40,862 nt of DNA, from positions 1-40,862 of the forward strand of contig DATFJE010000114.1 in the NCBI GenBank assembly GCA_035269385.1, written 5' to 3'. The stretch's first letter is position 1, and each line of letters begins with the position of its first letter. The DNA is from Clostridia bacterium (GTDB lineage Bacteria; Bacillota; Clostridia; Peptostreptococcales; BM714). Position numbers and translations under genes: made by a program. Of the stretch, positions 26,549-35,426 are shown in pieces. The notes beneath the pieces are model-generated. The model had not been told where the DNA came from, did not search any database, and saw nothing but the letters and a program-made list of their open reading frames with translations.

Positions 26549-27325
26549 TTATTTTTCCTTTTTCGGGAACCATGGAATGAATTTGCTGGTGCGCCTTGCG
26601 TATTCCTGAAATTCGCTGTTGTCCGCGTATTTTTTTTCGAGCATAGGGACACCCGAAACAAAGACAAGAAGAATTGTTATGGTAAGCGGACTGATTATCC
26701 CTAAAATCCCGCTTCTGGTTCCAATTCCTATAATAAAAATTCCCCACCACATTGTCGCTTCGCCAAAATAATTGGGGTGGCGCGTATATCTCCAAAGTCC
26801 TTCTTTCATTATTTTACCTTTGTTAGCGGGATTTTTGATGAACTGTTTCAGTTGCCAGTCGCCGACGGCTTCGAAAAAGAACCCCTTGACCCAAACAAGA
26901 GCTCCGATTATAGCAAGCAGCGAAAAAGATGCCTTGTCTGTCGCATTTATTGCGATCACCGGATATGCGATTACAGCCATAAAAAAGGCCTGGAGCATGA
27001 ATATTTGCAGAAAGGCCCTTGGTACAAGCCATTTTCCCCATTCTTTCCTCCATGCGGCATATCTGAAATCTTCAGGCTTTTTCCAGTTTCTTTTGATTAT
27101 ATGGTAAAAGAGCCTTAGCCCCCAAACCGTTACGAGGACAGTCGTCAAAACTCCTATTTCAGTATAGTTGCCGCCTCTTACCATAGAATACCATGCCACC
27201 ATTACGAAACCGGCTCCCCAGCCTATGTCGACTATCGAATTGTTTTTAATAATCAGGGCAACTACGAAAAATACAGAAAAATAGGCAAATATCAAAATAA
27301 TCGATTCTTTTAAAATTACACTCAT
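26549..27325 (-). CDS. DUF1295-family membrane protein (steroid 5-alpha-reductase / ICMT-like fold)
   Basis: 258 aa and polytopic. [21 protein letters not shown] is the family hallmark. ATGA overlap with the upstream gene. Confidence 0.8.
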   Translation of the reverse strand: MSVILKESIILIFAYFSVFFVVALIIKNNSIVDIGWGAGFVMVAWYSMVRGGNYTEIGVLTTVLVTVWGLRLFYHIIKRNWKKPEDFRYAAWRKEWGKWLVPRAFLQIFMLQAFFMAVIAYPVIAINATDKASFSLLAIIGALVWVKGFFFEAVGDWQLKQFIKNPANKGKIMKEGLWRYTRHPNYFGEATMWWGIFIIGIGTRSGILGIISPLTITILLVFVSGVPMLEKKYADNSEFQEYARRTSKFIPWFPKKEK

Positions 27326-29142
27326 GATTTTTCTCTCCTTTTCAGTTGTACCGCCACAGCCACGGCTTTCTCTCCCGCACTGAGCGCTACAACGGACGAT
27401 ACTTCAGAAATGTATTCCGGCGGCATACCCAGCAAATCTTCCAGTCCGCGCGAATAGTCATTCGCAAGAATTTCTCCCCTGTGATGAACAACTGCATATC
27501 TTTTTATACCGAATTCGTCATTGAGATTTCCCACTGTTTTCATTATTTTTTTCTTGTTGGCTTTTCTGCTGAATGCTTTCGCAAAGGATATGCCTTTGCC
27601 GTTTTCATCAAGGGAAACAATCGGTTTCAAATTCATGGCGCTTGCGAATCTTCCTTTCATAGGACTCAATCTCCCACCCTTGACCATATATTCGAAAGTG
27701 TCCACACTTACAAATATTTTTGTGGCCGGAATGCAGTCGTATATGATTTTCAGTATTTCATCTTTCTTTGCCCCTCTCGAAACTGCTTCGGCCGCCTCGT
27801 AAACAACGAGTCCCTGTGCCGCCGAATTCAGTTTTGTATCAATTACAGTTACTCTCGACCGTGTTTCTTCAGGAAGAAGCTCAAGTGCCTTTACTGCTGA
27901 ATTGAAGGTTCCACTCAAAGAAGATGAAACAAATATGCCTATTACTTCTTCATAATGGCTTAGCAGGAATGCGAATGAATTTTCAAATGATTTCAAACTC
28001 GGCTGAGAAGTCTTTGGAAAAATCGGAGACCTGCCGGCAAGCTCCCGGAATTGTTCAGGAAATATTGTCACCTTGTCGAAATAAAGATTTCCGTCTATTT
28101 CCAGGTTCATTGGAATCACAGTTATGTTTTCATTCAAAATGGTTTCTTTCGGCAAATCCGCGACAGAATCCGTGACAAGCGCGATGGTGCTTTTTTTATT
28201 GTTGACTGCAAGATATTGACCATGCATGTCGTCGATTTTTTTTTCAATCACTTTCCCATATTCGGGAATTCTCGCAAACATCTCAGCCGGCCTGTCTGTA
28301 TGGACATGGATTCTTGTGTTCCTGTTTCCTCCAGCCACGATCACACTGCTTCCGTATCCTTTAAGCATTGTCTTCAGTGCTTCGATATCAATTGATTCAT
28401 CGCTCCTGATTAGAACTTCAGAACAATATCGTTCCGATGGCATGTCCTTAACCGAAGAATGGTCATCCAAAGCCTGAATTCTGTGATCGCCTTTGTAGGA
28501 ACTCGAAACAGCATCCCTGATGTTTCCCGAATTAATCAGCTTTACTATTCCTTCGGTAAAATGGACAAATCCTTTTGCTCCCGAATCCACAACCCCCGAG
28601 TCCTTTAGAACCCTCAAAACATTCGGAGTTTCCGAAAGGGACTTGCGGACAATCTTTTGCGCATCATTCAAAAGCACTGCAAAGTCGTCGGTCATAGCGC
28701 GCGAATCGTAAACGGCCCTCGACCATTCCCTTATTACTGTAAGCATTGTCCCTTCCACAGGATCCAGCATGGCTTTGTATGCATAACCAGCCGCCTTCAT
28801 GACCGATTCTCCAAAAGACCTCGTGCAAAGCACTTCGTTGTTTTTAATTTCTATTGCTATTCCATTAATGAACTGTGCGAAAATGATTCCGGAATTGCCC
28901 CTTGCCCCCAACATTGCAGATTCTGCCAAGGACTGGAACGATTTGTCGATTCTATCGACAAATACGGTGTTTCTCAACATCGAGTTCATTGTAGACGAAA
29001 GATTGCTCCCCGTATCTCCATCTGCAACAGGGAATACATTGATTCTGTCGAGATGATCCGAATTCCTCATGACTTCCATTGCGCCCGAATGAATTGCATA
29101 GTTAAGTCTTTTTCCGTCGATATATTTTATTCTCATTTCCAT
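27322..29142 (-). CDS. DAK2-domain (FakA-like N-terminal and middle regions) fused to a complete DegV (FakB-like) fatty-acid-binding domain
   Basis: Residues 1-205 carry [15 protein letters not shown]...[10 protein letters not shown]...DSGAKG (Dak2/DhaL). Residues about 235-295 carry RYCSEVLI...[19 protein letters not shown] (FakA middle-like). Residues about 318-606 carry [12 protein letters not shown]...PKTSQPS...[11 protein letters not shown]...[12 protein letters not shown]...GGRLSP...LKPIV (DegV). Confidence 0.85.
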   Translation of the reverse strand: MEMRIKYIDGKRLNYAIHSGAMEVMRNSDHLDRINVFPVADGDTGSNLSSTMNSMLRNTVFVDRIDKSFQSLAESAMLGARGNSGIIFAQFINGIAIEIKNNEVLCTRSFGESVMKAAGYAYKAMLDPVEGTMLTVIREWSRAVYDSRAMTDDFAVLLNDAQKIVRKSLSETPNVLRVLKDSGVVDSGAKGFVHFTEGIVKLINSGNIRDAVSSSYKGDHRIQALDDHSSVKDMPSERYCSEVLIRSDESIDIEALKTMLKGYGSSVIVAGGNRNTRIHVHTDRPAEMFARIPEYGKVIEKKIDDMHGQYLAVNNKKSTIALVTDSVADLPKETILNENITVIPMNLEIDGNLYFDKVTIFPEQFRELAGRSPIFPKTSQPSLKSFENSFAFLLSHYEEVIGIFVSSSLSGTFNSAVKALELLPEETRSRVTVIDTKLNSAAQGLVVYEAAEAVSRGAKKDEILKIIYDCIPATKIFVSVDTFEYMVKGGRLSPMKGRFASAMNLKPIVSLDENGKGISFAKAFSRKANKKKIMKTVGNLNDEFGIKRYAVVHHRGEILANDYSRGLEDLLGMPPEYISEVSSVVALSAGEKAVAVAVQLKRREKS

Positions 29143-29198
29143 TCCCCTTGTATGAAAGTAGTATTATATATATCCCCAAATAATGTAATTCAAAGCAT

Positions 29199-29232
29199 AA
29201 AAAAAGACGCATCGACTTAAAGTCGATACGCC
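29199..29232 (-). terminator. Rho-independent terminator after the four-domain rhodanese gene
   Basis: The minus strand reads CGTATCGAC-TTTAA-GTCGATGCG followed by TCTTTTTTT. Confidence 0.65.
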
Positions 29233-29260
29233 TTTGCTGTTCTGTGATGAATGTTTAAAA

Positions 29261-31054
29261 TTATTTTACTATATCATAACCTTTGTTGGCCCAGCCGTAA
29301 GGAGCGTTAGCTTCCATTCCCATTCCGCCGTTCAAGGATACTGCATCGTATCCCATAATTCTGAGCGCTGCCGTTGTCTGGCCTGCAGTTTGTCCTGTAT
29401 AGCAGTAGACAACTGTAGTTTTATCGTTGTTGAGTGATGGGAAAGCTTCTTGCATTCCCGCAGCCCATGGAATATTGAAGGCCGTCGGAATGTGTCCCTC
29501 TGCAAAATCGTTTGCTCCTCTTACAGAAAGAACATATATGCTGTCCGGATCCTCGTCAAGTATTGCCTTGAGATTGTCTTCGCTTATTTTGTAGTTTTTA
29601 TAAATTCCCTCTGCAGCTTCAGCCAAACCGCTGTAGTATATTTCTATTGCAGATTCGATTTCATAGCCATATTCAGCAGCATTAGCCGCTCCAAAATCCG
29701 ATGCTTCAGCAACAACTGTTTCTTCATATCCCTCAACCTTGCTTATTCCCAGGTTCCATCCAAGGTTTACAGATTTTGCGTCGATTCCGGCAAAATTGAG
29801 AAGTGCAACAGTCTGTCCGGCAGTTTGGCCGGTATAGCAATATACATAAACAGGCTTGTCTGATGGAATCATGTCAAGATTGTCGCTTATTGCAGTTCCC
29901 CAAGGAGCATTTACGGCTCCCTTGATGTGTCCTTCGCCGTAAACGTCAGGCTGTCTTATGTCAAGCACGAACATGTCTTCTCCGGCCTTGACTTTTTCTA
30001 TGAAATCACCTTGCTTGATTTTATAATTGTTGTCGGGTTTTTCAGCGAAATAATTGTTTACTATTCCTTCAAGACCTTTTCCCTCATATACATCGAATCC
30101 TTTGTTGGTCCAACCGTAAGGATCATTGGCAGCCATTCCCATTCCGCCGTTCAAGGATACTGCATCGTATCCCATAATTCTGAGAGCGGCCGTTGTCTGT
30201 CCTGCAGTTTGTCCTGTGTAGCAATATACAACTACCGTTTTGTCCATGGGAATCGTGTTGAAGGATTCCTGCATTCCGGCAGCCCAAGGAATGTTGAAGG
30301 CTCTGGCTATATGCCCGCTTTCAAAATCTTCAGCTCCTCTTATTGAAAGAATGTATATGCTGTCGTCCTTTTCATCGACAAGCTTTTTAAGATTGTCTTC
30401 GCTTATCTTGTAGTTCTTGAACATTGTATCTTTTACGTCAGCCAAACCTTCATAATAGTCCGTAATTGCAACCATGATGTCTTCGTCTATTTCAGAGGCT
30501 TCGGATGAATTGAAATCGGAAGCTTCTGTTGTTGTAACTTCCTCGACTCCGTCCACTTTGCTGATTCCAAGGTTCCATCCCAAATTAACCGAGTATGCCT
30601 CGAATCCAGCGAAATTAAGGAGAGCAACAGTCTGTCCCGCAGTTTGTCCTGTGTAACAATAAACATAAACAGGCTTGTCCATGGGAAGCTTGTCAATGTT
30701 GTCGCTTATTGCTGTTCCCCAAGGCGCATTCACAGCTCCTGCTATGTGCCCCTCGTCGTAAACGTCAGGCTGCCTTATATCAAGAACAAACATGTCTTCT
30801 TCATTCTTGACTTTTTCAATAAATGCATCTTGCTTGATTTTGTAGTTGTGCGACGGCTTGTCTGCGAAATAGTCGTCGACAACAGCATCAAAGGCGCTTG
30901 ATTCGTCTCCTGATGAAACCTCTGTCGGCTCTGTTTTTTCGATTTTCTCAGCCGGTTCTGTTTGCGGCTCCGAAGCTGGCGTGCTGCATCCTGCGGCAAG
31001 CGCAATGATGAGAATTGCAACAACCATAAGTAAAAATTTATTCTTCTTGAACAT
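29261..31054 (-). CDS. exported lipoprotein with four rhodanese domains
   Basis: Lipobox LAAGC. Four copies of the catalytic-loop context VY(V/C)YCYTGQTAGQT, arranged as two near-identical two-domain units. Confidence 0.85.
   Translation of the reverse strand: MFKKNKFLLMVVAILIIALAAGCSTPASEPQTEPAEKIEKTEPTEVSSGDESSAFDAVVDDYFADKPSHNYKIKQDAFIEKVKNEEDMFVLDIRQPDVYDEGHIAGAVNAPWGTAISDNIDKLPMDKPVYVYCYTGQTAGQTVALLNFAGFEAYSVNLGWNLGISKVDGVEEVTTTEASDFNSSEASEIDEDIMVAITDYYEGLADVKDTMFKNYKISEDNLKKLVDEKDDSIYILSIRGAEDFESGHIARAFNIPWAAGMQESFNTIPMDKTVVVYCYTGQTAGQTTAALRIMGYDAVSLNGGMGMAANDPYGWTNKGFDVYEGKGLEGIVNNYFAEKPDNNYKIKQGDFIEKVKAGEDMFVLDIRQPDVYGEGHIKGAVNAPWGTAISDNLDMIPSDKPVYVYCYTGQTAGQTVALLNFAGIDAKSVNLGWNLGISKVEGYEETVVAEASDFGAANAAEYGYEIESAIEIYYSGLAEAAEGIYKNYKISEDNLKAILDEDPDSIYVLSVRGANDFAEGHIPTAFNIPWAAGMQEAFPSLNNDKTTVVYCYTGQTAGQTTAALRIMGYDAVSLNGGMGMEANAPYGWANKGYDIVK
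29264..30901 (-). repeat. intragenic direct tandem duplication, two units of 819 bp (273 codons)
   Basis: CTTTGTTGG...CCATTCCCATTCCGCCGTTCAAGGATACTGCATCGTATCCCATAATTCTGAG... starts at 29281 and again at 30100. The protein units are about 80% identical by eye. Unit edges are approximate. Confidence 0.85.
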
Positions 31055-31183
31055 GAATAGTTTTCCTCCTCTTATTTTATGTTATTTAATTAACAAATTC
31101 ATTATATCAATCACTTTGCTTTTACTATAAAACGATTTGCTAATGCAGTATTAGAAAACGCATTGACAAAATCCCGATTCATA

Positions 31184-31218
31184 AATGGCAAGCCGCTTCA
31201 TTGCGGCTTGCCATTTTA
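31184..31218 (-). terminator. Rho-independent terminator after the two-domain sulfurtransferase gene
   Basis: AATGGCAAGCCGC-loop-GCGGCTTGCCATT, a 13-bp stem, with a T-rich tail on both strands. Confidence 0.65.
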
Positions 31219-31243
31219 TAATATGGAGGAGTAAAATATATTT

Positions 31244-32155
31244 TTATGATGCGTCCTGCTCATTGAATTCAACTTTTTCACCGCTCGGTGTTTGAATTGG
31301 AAGAGCTTTGTCTGATGACCATTCCAACCACGCGCCGTCATAAAGCTTCAAGTTCTCATACCCGGCATTTGCGAGCGCAAGATATGTCTGCGCCCCTCTT
31401 ATCGACGACTTGCAGTACATTATTACAGTTGCGTCTTTTTCGATTCCATTTTCCATGTACATTATAGAAATATCCTGAGCAGACTTGTAGCTTCCGTCGG
31501 CATATTGATTTTCCACATAGTTTATATGGATTGAACTTGGAATTGTTCCTTCTTCAAATTCTTCCGTTGTCCTTGTGTCTATAAGGAATGTATCAGAATC
31601 GGGATAATTCAATTGGTCTATGACCGTGTCTATTGTGGCAACCATCGATTCGTCTAATTCATCGGCCTCATATGAAGCCTTCTCGACATCGGGCACCTCA
31701 TCCGTCACTGCCATTCCGATTTCTTCGAGGGCCTTGAGTCCTCCGCTCACTACCTTTACATCTTCATTGCCATAGGCTTTGAGAGTCCACCAGAATCTTG
31801 CCGCGTCCATGTGGTTGTTGTCGTCGTATACGATTATATCCATTCCGTTTCCTATGCCGTTATCTCCAAGTATCTTTTCGATCTGCTCTTTACCGCCAAC
31901 CATGTTCGGGAAGGGTTCGCTTACAACAATGTCCCCTCTTGTTATATTCACAGCTCCTTCAATATGGGCAACGTCATAAGCATCAGCCATTTGTGCGTCA
32001 ACCAGAACCGTTCCGTCATTTATCATCTCTGCAGCTTTTTCGGCATCCACGATAAACGGTCCGTCGGCCTGTCCTGTAGTCCCAAGACAACCCGAAAGGG
32101 CTAACAATGCCAAGACCAAGGTTAAAAGCACTACCGTTTTTAAGTATTTTTTCAT
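31244..32155 (-). CDS. exported two-domain sulfurtransferase (thiosulfate/3-mercaptopyruvate sulfurtransferase-like) lipoprotein
   Basis: Lipobox LALSGC. An inactive N-terminal rhodanese domain (VYDDNNHMDAARFWWTLKAYG) precedes a catalytic C-terminal domain (VIMYCKSSIRGAQTYLAL). Confidence 0.85.
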   Translation of the reverse strand: MKKYLKTVVLLTLVLALLALSGCLGTTGQADGPFIVDAEKAAEMINDGTVLVDAQMADAYDVAHIEGAVNITRGDIVVSEPFPNMVGGKEQIEKILGDNGIGNGMDIIVYDDNNHMDAARFWWTLKAYGNEDVKVVSGGLKALEEIGMAVTDEVPDVEKASYEADELDESMVATIDTVIDQLNYPDSDTFLIDTRTTEEFEEGTIPSSIHINYVENQYADGSYKSAQDISIMYMENGIEKDATVIMYCKSSIRGAQTYLALANAGYENLKLYDGAWLEWSSDKALPIQTPSGEKVEFNEQDAS

Positions 32156-32343
32156 AAATAATCCTCCATCCTTTTTTTATAATAGGATTGTTAATTTATC
32201 AACAATCATCACTGATATTATACAAGAAGCATTCCTTTATCCGGTATCCACTTTTTTAATATTGCATCCGATTATTAAATACGAAGAGCTTTCGCAAGAT
32301 AATGGTATAATAATCACATAATTTCGGAGGGGAGGTAAAAAGA

Positions 32344-33888
32344 ATGCATAAAATAAATAGATTCATCAAAAATAACGTCATGGAAATATTTATCCTTTTG
32401 TTGTACGCTTCAATCAGCATTTTTTTTCTTGATGAATTCCCCTTCATGCACTCTGACGAAGCTTGGCTTAGCGGCCTTTCCCAAACCGTTTTGAAGGAGG
32501 GGCGCATTGACTTGACAGAGCCGTTCTTCGACCTTTATCCAAGAACACCTCACGCAATCAAAATATTTTTTGTTGCTTTGCAAACATTCGCAATAAGGAT
32601 TTTCGGCCACAATCTGATCGGTATGAGGATGGTTTCGCTTGTTTCGAGCATCTTTTCGCTTTGTCTCTTTTATAGAATAATTATGACCCGTTTCAAGGAC
32701 AAGAATTTTGCTTTGATGACAACAATCCTTCTCGCTGTGGATATTCAATTCATATATGCTTCTCATATCGCCAGGCAAGAAAGCCTACTTTTGCTTATAA
32801 GCCTGGCTGCATACGATTATTTTCTTCGGAAAAACCCAACCACCCGCTCAAGTGCAGCCATTCTGGCGGCAATACTTTCAATAGGAATAGGCATTCATCC
32901 AAACAGCTTCATTGTCGCAATACCCTTCGGGCTTATGCTCTTTTATCGTTTTTTCAAAAAAAGAGCAAATTGGACTCATATTGTCATCTTCGTATCCGTT
33001 CTGGCGGCAGCGGCATTATTTTTTATAACTCTAAGTTTATGGATGGACCCCGACTTCATAAAAAATTACACGGAATACGGAAAAACACTGGGTGTTGGAC
33101 AAAGTCTTCTTTCCAAGTTTCTGCAAATAAGACTGTTTTATCTCAAGCTGTTCTTGCAAGTCAGCGGAACCTACTATACGCCCGACATAAGGCTTCAACT
33201 CCTGCTGATGGCTTCAGCCTTTCTTTTCGGATCGGCAAAGCTTGTCAAATCAAGAGGCGATTCGCAGGCTTTTTATCCCATGCTCGGACTTTTGGGAATA
33301 AATATTGGATATATGTTGGTCGGCCGCTACAACCAGACAAGCATTGTTTTCCTTTTCCCTTGGTTCTATATGCTTATGGCGGAACTTCTTCGCCCGTTCG
33401 CAAAATCCAGAAAAAAGATTCTCTCAGTGCTTATTGCCGCCACATTGGCGATAAGCTGTTTCCAAATTTCAATACACCCCGGCAAAAGCTATTCGTCTTA
33501 CATCGATGACATATCAAGCCTGGTCCCTCGTAACGCCCGTGTTCTTTCAAACCTCAACACAGGATATTATTTCAATCCTGAAAATCTGTTCGATTACAGG
33601 AATCTTGCACACTTGAAAGAAAATTCCTTAAGCTTCGAGGACTACATCGACAAAAACGGGATAGAGTATATACTCTACCCCGAAGAAATGGACATCATTT
33701 GGAATACCCGCCCAGTATACAACAGCCTGTACGGAAATCCCGCGGATTATTATGAATCGATGAATGCCTTCATTTCTGAAAAATGCATTCTTTTAGAAAC
33801 CTTTTGGGACGACACCTATCCAGTCAGGATTGTGAGGCTCATGGGACAAAATGAAAGAACCCTGCGAATTTACAAGGTTCTAAAATGA
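32344..33888 (+). CDS. GT-C fold glycosyltransferase, ArnT/PMT-like (GT39/GT83-type)
   Basis: 514 aa with about 11 TM helices, then a soluble tail of about 130 aa. The first extracytoplasmic loop carries an acidic motif (FLDEFPFMHSDEAWLSG), as in ArnT/PMT enzymes. GGAGGGGAGG SD and a TGGTATAAT extended -10 lie upstream. Confidence 0.7.
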   Translation: MHKINRFIKNNVMEIFILLLYASISIFFLDEFPFMHSDEAWLSGLSQTVLKEGRIDLTEPFFDLYPRTPHAIKIFFVALQTFAIRIFGHNLIGMRMVSLVSSIFSLCLFYRIIMTRFKDKNFALMTTILLAVDIQFIYASHIARQESLLLLISLAAYDYFLRKNPTTRSSAAILAAILSIGIGIHPNSFIVAIPFGLMLFYRFFKKRANWTHIVIFVSVLAAAALFFITLSLWMDPDFIKNYTEYGKTLGVGQSLLSKFLQIRLFYLKLFLQVSGTYYTPDIRLQLLLMASAFLFGSAKLVKSRGDSQAFYPMLGLLGINIGYMLVGRYNQTSIVFLFPWFYMLMAELLRPFAKSRKKILSVLIAATLAISCFQISIHPGKSYSSYIDDISSLVPRNARVLSNLNTGYYFNPENLFDYRNLAHLKENSLSFEDYIDKNGIEYILYPEEMDIIWNTRPVYNSLYGNPADYYESMNAFISEKCILLETFWDDTYPVRIVRLMGQNERTLRIYKVLK

Positions 33889-33912
33889 AAGTCCAAAAAT
33901 TAAACAATTTGC

Positions 33913-34665
33913 CTAAACCATTATTTCACTTTTTATCCGTTCCTTTTCGTCAAAATAGCTTTCTTTTGTTTTACGCAATCCCTTCCATTCATTTTTTGCG
34001 ATTCTTTTCACTTTCCCCGATTCTTTCCCCATGATCAATATCCTGTCGGAAATGTAAAGAGCCTCCTCTATGTCGTGCGTTACGAACACAACCGTCAGGC
34101 CTTTCTCCCTCCATATTCCAAGCAGCAAGTCCTGCAACGAATCTCTGGTAATCGCATCTACATTCGCGAATGGTTCGTCCATCAGGAGCAGGTCCGGTTC
34201 GGATGCCAAAGCTCTTGCAATGGCGCCTCTCTGGCGCATGCCTCCAGACAATTCGTGGGGATAATAATTGCCGTAGCCTTCAAGCCCCACCTGAGCAAGC
34301 ATGTCTGCAGTCTTTTTTTCATAAAAAGCCTTCGGCTGTTTTTTATAGCGCTTTTTGACCGGCAGGGCAATGTTGTCATGAAGGTCAAGCCAAGGAAACA
34401 ATTGATGGCTGTCCTGGAAAACCATTATCATTGAAAAGCTCGGGGCTTTTATCTTTTCGCCGCCGAGAAGCACTTGACCCGAATCTGTCTTCTCGAATCC
34501 TCCAATAACATTGAGGGCCGTGGTCTTTCCGCAACCGGAAGCACCCAAAATAGAAATTATTTCACCCTTTTCTACTTCCATGGAAAAATCCTTTAGAACA
34601 AATTTCGGTTTACCGTCCTTCAAATACTTTTTTGTGATTTTAATCGCTTCCAATGCGGTGTTCAT
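33913..34665 (-). CDS. NitT/TauT-family ABC transporter ATP-binding protein
   Basis: GASGCGKTT, LSGGMRQRGAIARAL, LLMDEPFANVD and the characteristic QDSHQLFPWL block. ATGA overlap with the permease stop favours the ATG at 34663-34665. Confidence 0.9.
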   Translation of the reverse strand: MNTALEAIKITKKYLKDGKPKFVLKDFSMEVEKGEIISILGASGCGKTTALNVIGGFEKTDSGQVLLGGEKIKAPSFSMIMVFQDSHQLFPWLDLHDNIALPVKKRYKKQPKAFYEKKTADMLAQVGLEGYGNYYPHELSGGMRQRGAIARALASEPDLLLMDEPFANVDAITRDSLQDLLLGIWREKGLTVVFVTHDIEEALYISDRILIMGKESGKVKRIAKNEWKGLRKTKESYFDEKERIKSEIMV

Positions 34666-35426
34666 TCGGTCATTCCCCATTTTTCCACTGTCCTCTTTTC
34701 TATAAATCCAAACACAAATTTCTCTACGGTTATTCCTATCAGCATTATTACTGCCAGTCCCGATACAATTCCGGCAATGTCCATAAAGACACGGCTCTTA
34801 TATATGGCCCATCCTATTCCTCCCGCGAGACCAGCCGCACCGAAAATCATTTCAGCGCTTATGAGCGCTCTCCACGCCCTCGCCCATGCAATCTTGAAGC
34901 CTGCTATTATGAAGGGTGCCGAAGCCGGTATTGAAATGCGAAATATCTGTTCTCGAATGGAAAGGCCGTAATTGTCTCCCACCTTGAAATAAATATACGG
35001 TATCGCCGCTATACCGGTAAGGACGTTCTGCATCAGCGGCCAAAATGCACCGTGGACTATTATTATTATTATTGCAGTCTTTCCTGTTCCGACCCAAAGT
35101 ATCACAAGTGGAAGCAACGCGACTCCAGGCAATGGATGAATCAAAGTAACGATTGTTTCAACAATCTTTCTAAAGCCTTCCATCTTCATGCATGCGTATC
35201 CCGTCAAGATTGCAAGCATTCCGCTGATTAGGAGCCCCTTGCCTATGAGTTCCAGAGAAAATAGAATCTGAATCGGCAAATCCCCGCCTGCCAGACCCTT
35301 GACAAGGCTTTTTGCCACATCCTCCGGCGATGGGAAAACCATAGGGTCGAGTAGGCCTGAAGATGCTCCCGCCTGCCAAAGCGCAAGAACAAAAAGTGCG
35401 GCTGCCAAACTCTTCAAACGCTTCAT
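34662..35426 (-). CDS. NitT/TauT-family ABC transporter permease
   Basis: 254 aa with 6 TM helices. EAA-like loop ...GLSIREQIFRISIPASAPFIIAGFKIAWARAW. ATGA overlap with the SBP gene. Confidence 0.88.
   Translation of the reverse strand: MKRLKSLAAALFVLALWQAGASSGLLDPMVFPSPEDVAKSLVKGLAGGDLPIQILFSLELIGKGLLISGMLAILTGYACMKMEGFRKIVETIVTLIHPLPGVALLPLVILWVGTGKTAIIIIIVHGAFWPLMQNVLTGIAAIPYIYFKVGDNYGLSIREQIFRISIPASAPFIIAGFKIAWARAWRALISAEMIFGAAGLAGGIGWAIYKSRVFMDIAGIVSGLAVIMLIGITVEKFVFGFIEKRTVEKWGMTE

Noticed and set aside
26415-26609. 64-aa plus-strand ORF between the feo promoter region and the DUF1295 gene
   Set aside because: It overlaps the minus-strand terminator and the 3' end of the DUF1295 gene. 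It has no SD and no motif.
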